Made by a program: the position numbers and the translations under genes. This document shows positions 1 to 9,337 of a stretch of DNA of 33,581 nucleotides, piece by piece. The stretch spans positions 1 to 33,581 of the forward strand of contig CAZWKM010000002.1 of the NCBI GenBank assembly GCA_964634165.1, written 5' to 3'. Every line of letters begins with the position of its first letter. Position 1 is the first letter of the stretch. Under the pieces are notes generated by a model. It was not told where the DNA came from. It saw only the letters and a list, made by a program, of their open reading frames with translations, and made no database searches. Source of the stretch: an uncultured Pirellulales bacterium (lineage in GTDB: Bacteria; Planctomycetota; Phycisphaerae; Sedimentisphaerales; Anaerobacaceae).

Positions 1-3000
1 CTTTAGGGTCGGGGTCGGTAATTTTCTCAAGAACTTGGCCGAGAATCTGTATCCGGGGATTAAGGAATCCAGCAGCGGCGATGATTGCAGCCATAACGGG
101 ATTTGAGCCTCTTTGCGCGAAATAACCAGTTGCTTTATCATATGCCAATTCTCTCCGCGATTCGCTTTCGCTCTTTTTCTCTGCATATTCATAAGCACCT
201 TCGCGGGGCAGTTCTTCTGTAAGAGCAGAAGCATACCTGCTTCCAAGTATCCAATTTTTAATATCCAAAGGCTTGAGACCCAGTGCCACAAGCTGGCCTG
301 GTATTTCTTCAATTTTCTCTAATGTTGATAACTTTGTCCAGTTTTTGGGGGCTATATCTTGGGCCAACATATTACCGAATGATTGAACAACTGTACGATG
401 GCTGTCCTTCATCAACTCATCAAGCCTTTTGCTCATCAATTCCGTTGCCACTTTGCTTGCTTTTGATTTTCCGGTAATTCTATTAAGCACGCCTAGCGCC
501 AGATTGTAGGCGGGTATGTATGCCTGAGGCCCGCCTTCTGCCAACAATTGCCCTGTCGTGATGTCGCGGGGTATGTTTCTAACACCAAACGCCGGCTTTT
601 GCGTTTTTGTCCGTTTCCACGGGCGAGTCATTCCCATCAGCACCCTGGTGATATGCTTCGTTACATCGCCGGGTATTCTCTGCCGGGCGTACATCCTGAA
701 AATGTACGGGTCGGGAACTTGGAAAAAGTGGCGGTTCCCATCCTCTCCCCAGAGCGAAAGAACCCGGACGGCATTTGGTTTCTTCATCCGCCATATATCG
801 GTGTGGTTTTGACAAACTGCCACATCGTCCGGCTGAGTCGGCTCGTCGAGTTCCTCGACCTTCAACCCCGCTTGGTCGGCTTGCTGCTTGTTAAGGTAGT
901 CAGCTATGACAACTTGCATTTCGTGTTCTGTTAGCTTGGCAACCTTTTTTGGCTCTAAACGCAAGGGTATCATTAGACGATTCAGCAACATTCGGGCATC
1001 GAGGGGCATATCCTTTCGCTTATTTGCTTCCTCGGCCATCCTCACCATAGACCACGCAAACCTGTGCCAGTAGTAACTATCAAATGCTCGGCGGGTACGG
1101 AAGCGAACCGAATCATCCAGCGTTTTTAAGGGCAATGCTGAACCAAAAGCGGAGTATATTCCGCTGCTTTTTGCGCTTGTGATTCCACCCGCACCACCCG
1201 GCTTTCCTTCGATTTGACGCTGTAAGGGCCAATAATCTTCCCACGCCTTGATGATAGTGACGAACTCCCCTGGTGTTTTCTCGCCTGCCAACAAGGGCAC
1301 TAATAGCAGATGATTCATAAACTGATTGACTTCTTTGAAGTAGCCGTCCCATTCCGGGTGCGAGGACTCCTGCTCACGAATAAACTTCTCCAAATCAGCA
1401 GGCGTAAGACCTTCCGTCCGACCTGCGTACTCGTGTCCTTTCTTCTTGGCTCTTTCGAGAGAAGCCCTTGCCTGGCCGTAGGTGCAAAAATCTTCCCAGT
1501 CCTTCAATCCTACTTCGTGCTTGATGGTGTTCAGCGATTTGGGATACAATCGCATACTGTTTCCGTGTCCCGGATTCAGGTTCTCCGGCAGAGTAACCAC
1601 TTCTCGCAGCAAACTTAACTCTTGCTTTGAAAACCGCTCGAAGCCCTTGCCCGTTGCTTTGACAACAATACCATCACCTTCGCCCTTGGCCCCGTTTATC
1701 GCCGCATCAAACGCCTGTGGCACTCTAAGCAAGTCATTTCTTGCTGCGTCCGTGTCCGCCGGCGTATCCTCGATGTGCTTTTTCCAGTCCCTTGCCAATT
1801 TTAATTGTGAGCGATAGTCTTTGTTTATCCAGCTTTTAGCTACCCCATACACACCGAAAACATCCAAAAAACCGAGTCGGTTCTGAGCGGCAATCGCATT
1901 AAAAGTCCGCCGATGAACCCTGTGTACTATCATTGAGTCGCCAATCGCGTTTTGCAAAAGCCCCCAAGCCATATTCGAGACTTGCTCTGGCGTATTTATG
2001 CCCTTTGGCTTGTCGTGTACCTGAGTTTGCAACTGTTCCATCACCGGCCTTGACTTCTGGAACACATAAGCCCTGTGAGCATCTCGCAGACCGGCAAGCA
2101 GTTCCGGCCTTAATTCTTTGAGTACGCTCTCAAATTGCGCCTTTAAGGCGTCTGGTATCTTGCCGGGGTCGGTGATATACAATCTGACTAACTCCGCCAT
2201 ACCCTCTTCCGGTGTTTGCGCTGAGGCCATTGTGTCTGGGCCAGTGAGTTCGATGAGCATTTTGCTGATATGCGCAAACCACGCTGGGTTTTCGTCTCCA
2301 ATTAAAGCCGACAGAGCGTGCCCCGCCTCGTGAAAATTTAATTGCCACGTGCCGGATTTCGTTCGTATGGTATGCGGGCCTGGCTCAAAGTGGGCGGGGC
2401 TGCGCCTCGTCGTCTGCGTTTTGCCGACAAGCATCAGAGCTTTCACCTGCTCATTGACAAAATCGACTATCGAACGCAGACCAACTTTCTTTTTGCCCTT
2501 CTGTTTCGTATCGCGTCTGAGCTTGTCCAGCAAGCTCTTGCCTTTTTTCGTCTCCGGTGGTTCAGAAGAATAGGAAGCAGCGATTTCCTCGCTCTCCTCC
2601 GTTATCCTTGGCCGTGCTCCTTTGTGAATATTCAGAGCAGAAGTATCCGCCGAAGTTATGTCCCTGACAACCTTGTGGTCTCTCAAGAGCCGGCCAACAA
2701 CCGATTCAGCCGCTCGCCCTATCGCAAACCATCTCCGTTTGTACCGAATAACCTCATCGAGAAAACCATAGGATTGCAAAGCCGAAGCATAGTCCCGGGT
2801 CCCGGAAGGCAGAAGTTCGATTACCTTGTCTCCGCTTATCGCAGATTCTGTGAGTTGCCAGCCGTTGTCAAGTTCAAGAACTGCTCCGTCTTTCACCAGG
2901 GCGATTGTCTCACTTGCCGTTAACTCAACCAGTTTGTTGCCTATACCTAATCGCTGTCTAATCTGCGCCACTTCTGTTGTTTTCAGACCCAACCCGACAA

Positions 3001-6000
3001 TGCCACGTCCGTCCTTCAGAGTCGCTCGTTGAATTCGCTTATTACGCAGGCCGGAACGGCCCATAATCTTGTCGTAGATTGAGAAAATAGGCCCAGACAA
3101 AATGACAAATCGCTTTGGTCGGAAAGCGGGTGTTTTGGCGTAGGTGGTGTCCCACCACACCTTGGCCTCTCCACCCAAAACCTTCTCATATTTCTCGTGC
3201 AGTTCGTTCGTGCTTACTGCGTGCGTCTCAGCTCTGACGTTACGCAAGTGAAGAGCATTAGAAGAAGTCGCCAGTGGATTTTCGTTTTTCTGGACAGCGT
3301 AGATATGGCCACTTTTCTTATTCTTATAGAAACCTCTGGACGCAAAGCGAGTTGCTTGGTCAAAATTGATTTTGTGAACTGCTACATCGCCTTCAAGTTC
3401 ATACAGCTTTGTTTGGGCGCCTGATGCTTCGTCTGTATGGACAACGGTTGGTTCACCGACCACCTTGAGATTAGTAGCGTGAATTTGCTCTACGCCGAAA
3501 TCAAACGCTCCCGTCTCCTTCGCTCGCGCTATTATCTCCTGGTAATTGCCGTAGAATATCTCGAAGATTCCGTTCTGTATATCGACCGGCAAAGCCATAA
3601 TACGATTAAGGAAACGGTCAACGTTCTCTGTATTTTGTCGAGCCAAATCGCCTTCTTCGTTAAGCAATCCCATTTGCTCGATTACAGCACGGCCCACTCC
3701 TTGATTCGCGTATTCCCCCATCATTATACCGTTATAGGTTGCCGTCAAAGCGGCCACGCCATACGAGTCCGTTAAGTCCTCGACGTTAAACATACTGCCG
3801 CCAAGAGCACTCCGCTCGCCTTTAGTAATCGCGCCCAGGGCAGCCAGCCGCCTCGACACAGCATTCGTAAGCCGCATTTGCCCCGCTAGGTTGAGTGTCA
3901 CCGGCCTGATGATAGGAGCTGTCGCCTGAAACGACCTATGAACCCTGCCAAAAGATTGCATCTGCGTATCCGCTGACCACGATAACTGAAAGGCATAGAA
4001 AACCCTACGCTGCTGATTTTTTTTGGTCAAGTCGGCGTGCAAGCTGATGCCTGTCGAGCCAGCCCCCGAAATGATAGCTATCCGTTTCTTGCCCTGTTGG
4101 AATAATTCGGTCTCGTGTTCATTGAGTTGTGTTTGCTTAACTCCCTTGATTTTCCTGCGAACATATTTACCGTTCTCCATCCTGCGAGTACGGCCCGTGA
4201 TTTCAGCCACCCTGCCGGCCCCGAAATGTTCTATCAAAGCGTCAAGTGGGTTGGTAGGCAAACTCATATCTGCTATTTGCGCCAACAGTTCTTCTTGTTT
4301 GCGGAGATTTTGCCTATTTATAACCGGATTGCCCGCACCGTCAAGAATCCGTTCTCTGCGAGTTCTGCCAGTCTGTGGGTCAGTTACTTCCTCATACTGT
4401 TCAAGCGGAAAGTGTCTTTTCACCAAATCAACAAGCATTTGCCTTGGCGAAAACTCCATCTCATCAAGCGATACACCCTCCTCCAAAGCATCATTTACTA
4501 ATCGTTTCGTCACGGTTTCGTTGGTATTGTAAAGGTTGACAACGGCCGACCGGCCTTCCGACAAATCCTTTTCGATGGCCTTGACAACCGATGGTAGCTC
4601 GTACCCCATCATCAATTGCAAAAAGAACCGCTGCTGCGCAGAGTAGAAACTACTAAAATGTCCCAACGCCCTCCGACTGGCGTTTCTGTTGGCTTCCTCA
4701 AAAGCTTTGTTCAGTTCACCCCAAAAGTTCGCAATTTCATCAAATTGCTTTGTCTCGTTACCAGAGAGTCCGTATTCCAACGGTGCGTATTCCACGCCTT
4801 CGTAGCTGATAGTTCTGGCAACTACCTTGCCGAGCAGTTTGAGTTCACGCGATAACATTTCCATATTAGCCACGCCACCCTGCTGCATAGCATTGGCAAA
4901 AGCTATAAAGTTTGGAAACGCGGCCCTTTCCCCCCAAAGTCCTAACCGTTCAAGGGGGATAAGATGTCGTACTTCAGATGCACCTGTCGCGGACACATAA
5001 AGTATTCGGGCTTTCGGGAATAACCTTTGCAGTTCAATCCCCATATTACCTTGTTGCGTACCTTGCCCCGCAGTGTATCCGCCCCCTTGTGTTGTAGCGG
5101 CCGCGTTCTTCATCTTGTGGGTCTCATCAAAAGCTATCACGCCATCAAAGTCGGGGCCAAGCCAGTCGCATAATTGCTTAAATCGCTCCTTGCCTTTCGT
5201 GTAGCCCTTTGCCAGCATACCATAGGTGGTAAAGAAAACTCCCTCGTCTGCTGTTATGTTGGCGTTCTTATGAAACGGTTTCTGGTGAATCAGCTTTAAG
5301 GGTACACCGACGCCATCTTTATCTCGTTGAGCGTCCGCAACAAGCTGGTGACTGGCTGATATATGAACTGCTTTTTTCCGGCCTTGCTTCAAATTGTCAA
5401 GTATGACAGCGTAAATCTCGCGGCCTTTACCCAAACCAGTACCATCCCCTATCCAAAATCCCGCCCTTTTGCCGTCCGGCAGTATTGTCTGATGGGTTTG
5501 GCCAGCATATACGACAGCTTCTAATTGAACGTCCGACACCCTGCCTTCCGTGACGATTTCCTTTGGTAAATGATGTTTGTATGTAATATCGGGTGGCGTC
5601 ACAGACGACATTACCGTGGATTCGACAATATCGGCGGGATGCAGCTGCGAACCTTTCACGGTTGCCTTCTGAACTTGATATGTGCTATAAGGCGTCCCCT
5701 CCTCCACTTCGGAGGGCGTGGTTTCTTTTACGCTTTCTTCCGATTGCGTTTCTTCAATAACGGCGTCACTGTCCAGTCCCCAATCCGAATGTTTCTGCCG
5801 AATATTTTGATATATCTTTGCCAGATAAGGCCGAAACTTCTCGTCCATCCCCTCCATTATTCGTGCAGACCAGTCCGCGAAAGACCTTATCCCCGCTTCT
5901 GCGTACATCGCTCCGAGCTTAACGCCATCAAGCAGTAGGGCAGGGTCTATACCAGAGTACAATCCTTTTTTGCCGGTGAGGGTGTCGTTGATTTTCTTTT

Positions 6001-9000
6001 TGAGGCGATTTATTTCGGCTTGCTTTTCAGGAGAGAGGTGCTCGGTGAGCTTTTTCTTTACTCGTCTATTACCAAGCTCGCTAACTCCGCCGCCCACAGG
6101 GGGAGTTCCTTCTGACTCAACGGCAGGGATATTTCTTCTCTGTCCACTATCCGGTCCACCAGTTGGTCGAGGTTCCCCCGGCTCTTCCACAGGTCGTACC
6201 ACTCTTGGTCCGTGATTGGCACTTGTGTCGGCGGTTCCAGGTTCCCGTGTGGGTGAAGTACCACCTCCACCAGTTGCACCAACGGATTCCCCTGTCTTTG
6301 CGGCTCCCCCAACTCGGCCAGCAACTTCGCCGCCCTCGTCTTGGCTCGCTGTGCGTATCCGCTCATTTACATTCTCCTTAGATAAAGGCCCTAAAACTTT
6401 CAGAGCTTCCTGCGGCGACAGGTCTGCTCCTGTAACAATTTGGCCTTCACTTTTGGTCGCACCATCATTATCTATTATAACGATTTGGTTGCCAAAAGTT
6501 GTGCCAAATTTACCATAATCCTTGCCGGACATACCGATATTGGCCCGAACATTGTATTTTTCTTCGATTTTTCCCCACCAATCACGGAAATTGGCCCTGT
6601 CAAGGGCCATTCCTTGTCCAACAATAGCCACTAATCGCCCACCTTTTTTCAGGCGAAACAGCGCTTGCTCAACGTGCCTTGCACCGAATTTCGTTTTATG
6701 GGCTTTCACTCTCCCGCCAGTCGCCGAGAATGGAGGATTCATCACGATAACATCATACTCCTTGCCGGGTTCGAGTAGGTTATCGAGTTGCTCGGCATTA
6801 ACATTGTACGCCTTGAAGCCCAGCGACTCTAAAAGACTACGCCTTCGAGCATCAATCTCGTTTGTTTCCACCCAGGCGCCCGCTAATCGCATCAGGGTAG
6901 CGATGTTGCCTGTCCCCGCACTTGGCTCGAGTGCCGACATCCCCGGCTTGATAGCGGCTGCCCTGACAGCCACATACGCTTCTGCCGGCGGCGTACTGAA
7001 TTGCTGTAATTCGACTTGCATCTCATCCCGGCGATTCTGCCGTGGCATCCTGTCAGTGATAGCCAATAATTGTGCAAGAGCACTTTCCGGCCTTTTGAGG
7101 TCTATCCCTGACTCAGTGATATGTTTGTTCATCCCGGCTTCGACAGCATCGTAGGTATCACGAGCGTTGCCGGCCGCCGCTCCGTAAACTTCTCTGGCAA
7201 GAGCATTGACAACAGCATTGGTTATTTTGGTTTCAGGATTGTCCCGCAGCAACGCCGCTACCTTATTGACTACCTGCTCATACTGCTCGCTTTTGGCTTT
7301 GACGCCCTTGTTTTCCCCCTCTGCGGCGGGCTTGGCCTTCAAGCCCTTGCTTTTCGGAAAAGCGATTTCTTCTGTGCCGAACGCCATCTCGACAGCTTTC
7401 TTGACCGCATCCTCATAATCCCATTGCTCTATCCCAACCGGGCCTCGCTGACGGCGCAAGCCGCCTTTCTCGATTTGGACGTAGAAGCCATTCCCGTCGT
7501 TTTTGGCTACAACTGTGTATCGTTCCCCTTCCGATGTCGTGGCTTGCCCTGTGTTGTCCAGAGTAGTCTCGAAATTTTGCCTCGAAATCTTTACACCCTT
7601 GCTTTTCGGCGCCGCCGTTGCCTTTCTTCTGGCCAATTCCTCGACCGCCATCCTGTATGTCTCGGCCATCTCCGGCTCATCTGCCGTAACATCGGCGAGT
7701 ATCTGCAAGTGCTCGGTCTCAGCATCTCTTATCTTCGCGGCAATCTCCTCTGGCCGCTCTGCTACCGCCTCGGCAAGAGAAGTCGCGCCAGCGGGCGTCT
7801 CTGGGCCTGGAATCGGCTCTGTGGCGGGCGGTTGGCCTATCTCTCTCGCTTCGGCTTCCAGCCTTGCTTTCTCATCGTCCCGTAAACGTACTTGTCCAGG
7901 CGCTTGCCCTTCAATCCCTTCCGCCGCCCCTCCCGCAGCAATTTCCTGTGCAGCTCTTTCGGCATTTTCTTTCTCCTTCAACCGTTGCTCTTCATAGGTC
8001 AAAAGTCCAAGAGGGTGAACATTCATCTCTCGGCGCCTTCGCTCCAATTCCTGTTTGGCGACAACATCACCCTGCTCGGCCTTTTCTCTCAATTCAGCAA
8101 AATCGGCCTTCTCGGCTGTCCTTTGCTGAAACATATATTCCTCTTGGACCCGCTCAATCACCCTCTCGGTTTGCATCAACTGTTCTTGATTGTTCAACGC
8201 ATCCTTGAGCAATCCGGCGAACTTGCTGCGTTCCTCTGCAGACCAGCCGGCGATACCCAGTTCCTTGAGGTCTTTACGGCTCGGTTCCTTTTTCTCCGCT
8301 ATCCGGGCAGAAACACCTGGCGAGAGAGCCGCTACTTGCATAGCCCCTTCCGGCGTCAGGGCGACATCCTTAAACTTCCCCTTGTCCTGAATGTCTAAGC
8401 GTCCGGGATATGCCTTGCCCTGCATTTTCGCGGCTGCTCGGTTTGCAAGGCTAACCGTCGCACCACCGCCAAAACCTACAAGCGACATTGCTCCGGCAAC
8501 AACAAACTCTTGCGCCCGCTGGTCGATGAATCCTATAACACCATCCGGCCCGATTATGGGCTTGTCGTAAACCAACTTCGCAGTTACCGCTTGCCACGAA
8601 CCTTGCGTAATCTCCTCTGCTCCCTCGCCAACGAAGCCGAGCAGGACGTCTTTCGTCAAAGCAGCAGCACCTCGCTTTGCGACATACTCTCCCGCTTCTT
8701 TTGTGACTTTACGGCGTAGCGCCCGCCAACCAATCTTGCCGAGCTTCAGAGCTAACGCTGTCTGTGCAAACTCAAGAATTGCAGCTACTGACCCATAAAT
8801 GACTTTGGCTTGCTGGGCTTGCTCCTCGGTCGCCCCATCCTGAATTGCCTGCCGGTATGCCTCCTGCCCCTCGGCCTCGAACATAATCGCCATTGCTATC
8901 TGTGGCTGGCCTCCCGCTATAGCTACGCCACTGGCTATCATTACAGGCATTGACGGAGCAATCGCACTTGACAATTTGGTCGGGCTGGTAATTAAATCCC

Positions 9001-9337
9001 AGAAATTCTTAGGCTGTTCGTTTTGCCATTCCGGGTGACGTGCAATCAGGTCGTCAACTTTTTCTCCGAATTCCTCTCCGGGCAGCGTCCAGTTCATCCC
9101 CGCTGTTACATTTATCTCTTTCCTCATAGACTCAGGCGGCCCGACATACTCGAATAGGCCGGAAACGGCTTTTGCTAAGTTCAATCCCCCAATCCGCCAC
9201 GCATCTATGTTGGATTTCCAAAACCCCTTCTTCGCCTTCTCTTTTGGAGTGTATGGCTCTATTTGTTGGACAAGGTCAAGCAGCGATACTCTCTGAGGCG
9301 GCTCGACTTGCTCTGCTATGTCGGCAAGAAGGCCCAT
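1..9337 (-). CDS. Giant polyvalent virion-module protein, partial (more than 3,112 codons; 3' end beyond the window). Contains a methyltransferase, an Sbno-type helicase, an HExxH module and a long unassigned C-terminal region.
   Basis: Absent from the supplied ORF track because it has no stop in the window. The minus frame with codon first bases at coordinates = 1 mod 3 opens at ATG 9337-9335. An in-frame TAA lies just upstream at 9355-9353. The ATG overlaps the TAA of the upstream gene as TAATG. I hand-translated about 35 of the 156 sequence lines spread over 1-9337; all read as ordinary protein with no stop. The track lists no ORF in this frame and nothing above 102 aa on the minus strand in 1-9336, which requires this frame to stay open throughout. 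N-terminus: MGLLADIAEQVEPPQRVSLLDLVQQIEPYTPK. Last in-window residues: ...FLNPRIQILGQVLEKITDPDPK. Confidence 0.85.
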   Translation of the reverse strand, partial: MGLLADIAEQVEPPQRVSLLDLVQQIEPYTPKEKAKKGFWKSNIDAWRIGGLNLAKAVSGLFEYVGPPESMRKEINVTAGMNWTLPGEEFGEKVDDLIARHPEWQNEQPKNFWDLITSPTKLSSAIAPSMPVMIASGVAIAGGQPQIAMAIMFEAEGQEAYRQAIQDGATEEQAQQAKVIYGSVAAILEFAQTALALKLGKIGWRALRRKVTKEAGEYVAKRGAAALTKDVLLGFVGEGAEEITQGSWQAVTAKLVYDKPIIGPDGVIGFIDQRAQEFVVAGAMSLVGFGGGATVSLANRAAAKMQGKAYPGRLDIQDKGKFKDVALTPEGAMQVAALSPGVSARIAEKKEPSRKDLKELGIAGWSAEERSKFAGLLKDALNNQEQLMQTERVIERVQEEYMFQQRTAEKADFAELREKAEQGDVVAKQELERRRREMNVHPLGLLTYEEQRLKEKENAERAAQEIAAGGAAEGIEGQAPGQVRLRDDEKARLEAEAREIGQPPATEPIPGPETPAGATSLAEAVAERPEEIAAKIRDAETEHLQILADVTADEPEMAETYRMAVEELARRKATAAPKSKGVKISRQNFETTLDNTGQATTSEGERYTVVAKNDGNGFYVQIEKGGLRRQRGPVGIEQWDYEDAVKKAVEMAFGTEEIAFPKSKGLKAKPAAEGENKGVKAKSEQYEQVVNKVAALLRDNPETKITNAVVNALAREVYGAAAGNARDTYDAVEAGMNKHITESGIDLKRPESALAQLLAITDRMPRQNRRDEMQVELQQFSTPPAEAYVAVRAAAIKPGMSALEPSAGTGNIATLMRLAGAWVETNEIDARRRSLLESLGFKAYNVNAEQLDNLLEPGKEYDVIVMNPPFSATGGRVKAHKTKFGARHVEQALFRLKKGGRLVAIVGQGMALDRANFRDWWGKIEEKYNVRANIGMSGKDYGKFGTTFGNQIVIIDNDGATKSEGQIVTGADLSPQEALKVLGPLSKENVNERIRTASQDEGGEVAGRVGGAAKTGESVGATGGGGTSPTREPGTADTSANHGPRVVRPVEEPGEPRPTGGPDSGQRRNIPAVESEGTPPVGGGVSELGNRRVKKKLTEHLSPEKQAEINRLKKKINDTLTGKKGLYSGIDPALLLDGVKLGAMYAEAGIRSFADWSARIMEGMDEKFRPYLAKIYQNIRQKHSDWGLDSDAVIEETQSEESVKETTPSEVEEGTPYSTYQVQKATVKGSQLHPADIVESTVMSSVTPPDITYKHHLPKEIVTEGRVSDVQLEAVVYAGQTHQTILPDGKRAGFWIGDGTGLGKGREIYAVILDNLKQGRKKAVHISASHQLVADAQRDKDGVGVPLKLIHQKPFHKNANITADEGVFFTTYGMLAKGYTKGKERFKQLCDWLGPDFDGVIAFDETHKMKNAAATTQGGGYTAGQGTQQGNMGIELQRLFPKARILYVSATGASEVRHLIPLERLGLWGERAAFPNFIAFANAMQQGGVANMEMLSRELKLLGKVVARTISYEGVEYAPLEYGLSGNETKQFDEIANFWGELNKAFEEANRNASRRALGHFSSFYSAQQRFFLQLMMGYELPSVVKAIEKDLSEGRSAVVNLYNTNETVTKRLVNDALEEGVSLDEMEFSPRQMLVDLVKRHFPLEQYEEVTDPQTGRTRRERILDGAGNPVINRQNLRKQEELLAQIADMSLPTNPLDALIEHFGAGRVAEITGRTRRMENGKYVRRKIKGVKQTQLNEHETELFQQGKKRIAIISGAGSTGISLHADLTKKNQQRRVFYAFQLSWSADTQMQSFGRVHRSFQATAPIIRPVTLNLAGQMRLTNAVSRRLAALGAITKGERSALGGSMFNVEDLTDSYGVAALTATYNGIMMGEYANQGVGRAVIEQMGLLNEEGDLARQNTENVDRFLNRIMALPVDIQNGIFEIFYGNYQEIIARAKETGAFDFGVEQIHATNLKVVGEPTVVHTDEASGAQTKLYELEGDVAVHKINFDQATRFASRGFYKNKKSGHIYAVQKNENPLATSSNALHLRNVRAETHAVSTNELHEKYEKVLGGEAKVWWDTTYAKTPAFRPKRFVILSGPIFSIYDKIMGRSGLRNKRIQRATLKDGRGIVGLGLKTTEVAQIRQRLGIGNKLVELTASETIALVKDGAVLELDNGWQLTESAISGDKVIELLPSGTRDYASALQSYGFLDEVIRYKRRWFAIGRAAESVVGRLLRDHKVVRDITSADTSALNIHKGARPRITEESEEIAASYSSEPPETKKGKSLLDKLRRDTKQKGKKKVGLRSIVDFVNEQVKALMLVGKTQTTRRSPAHFEPGPHTIRTKSGTWQLNFHEAGHALSALIGDENPAWFAHISKMLIELTGPDTMASAQTPEEGMAELVRLYITDPGKIPDALKAQFESVLKELRPELLAGLRDAHRAYVFQKSRPVMEQLQTQVHDKPKGINTPEQVSNMAWGLLQNAIGDSMIVHRVHRRTFNAIAAQNRLGFLDVFGVYGVAKSWINKDYRSQLKLARDWKKHIEDTPADTDAARNDLLRVPQAFDAAINGAKGEGDGIVVKATGKGFERFSKQELSLLREVVTLPENLNPGHGNSMRLYPKSLNTIKHEVGLKDWEDFCTYGQARASLERAKKKGHEYAGRTEGLTPADLEKFIREQESSHPEWDGYFKEVNQFMNHLLLVPLLAGEKTPGEFVTIIKAWEDYWPLQRQIEGKPGGAGGITSAKSSGIYSAFGSALPLKTLDDSVRFRTRRAFDSYYWHRFAWSMVRMAEEANKRKDMPLDARMLLNRLMIPLRLEPKKVAKLTEHEMQVVIADYLNKQQADQAGLKVEELDEPTQPDDVAVCQNHTDIWRMKKPNAVRVLSLWGEDGNRHFFQVPDPYIFRMYARQRIPGDVTKHITRVLMGMTRPWKRTKTQKPAFGVRNIPRDITTGQLLAEGGPQAYIPAYNLALGVLNRITGKSKASKVATELMSKRLDELMKDSHRTVVQSFGNMLAQDIAPKNWTKLSTLEKIEEIPGQLVALGLKPLDIKNWILGSRYASALTEELPREGAYEYAEKKSESESRRELAYDKATGYFAQRGSNPVMAAIIAAAGFLNPRIQILGQVLEKITDPDPK
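2318..2332 (-). other. HEAGH (HExxH) zincin-like metallopeptidase motif within the giant ORF
   Basis: Hand translation gives TWQLNFHEAGHALSALIGDENPAW (first His is residue ~2336). An EEGMAELVRLY segment about 45 aa downstream could supply a third ligand Glu. This is a motif only; no fold-level evidence is available to me. Confidence 0.45.
3847..5590 (-). other. Strawberry-notch (Sbno)-type superfamily-2 helicase module within the giant ORF
   Basis: Hand translation gives FWIGDGTGLGKGREI (5417-5449), IAFDETHKMKN (DETH = 5117-5128), IAIISGAGSTGISLHAD (4031-4081) and LSWSADTQMQSFGRVHRSFQ (QSFGRVHRS = 3932-3958). From memory these match the diagnostic Sbno motifs GDGxGxGKGR, DEcHkaKN, StGiSLhAD and WSAd..Q.fGRtHRsnQ. 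Borders are approximate. Confidence 0.8.
6058..6366 (-). CDS. Candidate nested (overprinted) 102-aa ORF in an alternative frame of the giant gene
   Basis: This ORF is in the supplied track. Its ATG at 6366-6364 is preceded by AAGGAG (6379-6374) with a 7-nt spacer. Its translation (…ITDQEWYDLWKSRGNLDQLVDRIVDREEISLPLSQKELPLWAAELASLVIDE) is compositionally protein-like, unlike the other four off-frame minus ORFs inside the giant gene. It overlaps exactly the low-complexity Gly/Pro/Thr linker between the methyltransferase and helicase modules. Confidence 0.3.
   Translation of the reverse strand: MSGYAQRAKTRAAKLLAELGEPQRQGNPLVQLVEVVLHPHGNLEPPTQVPITDQEWYDLWKSRGNLDQLVDRIVDREEISLPLSQKELPLWAAELASLVIDE
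6458..7030 (-). other. N6-adenine-type (amino) DNA methyltransferase domain within the giant ORF
   Basis: Hand translation gives motif I LEPSAGTGNIATLM (EPSAGTGN = 6905-6928, residue ~804). Motif IV is DVIVMNPPFSA (NPPF = 6728-6739, residue ~867). This is followed by HVEQALFRLKKGGRLVAIVGQG. The order motif I then motif IV with ~55-aa spacing is typical of gamma-class amino-methyltransferases. Domain borders are approximate. Confidence 0.8.

Noticed and set aside
579-7083. Off-frame minus ORFs inside the giant gene (579..815, 1113..1352, 2130..2348, 6892..7083).
   Set aside because: Their composition is Arg/Pro/Cys-rich and noise-like, with no Shine-Dalgarno sequence. Only 6058..6366 stood out, and it is reported separately.
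1-9337. Possibility that the lack of a listed ORF reflects stop-codon reassignment, a pseudogene or non-coding DNA.
   Set aside because: Under the standard code the frame from ATG 9337 is open to the window edge and encodes intact catalytic motifs. The omission is explained by the missing in-window stop.
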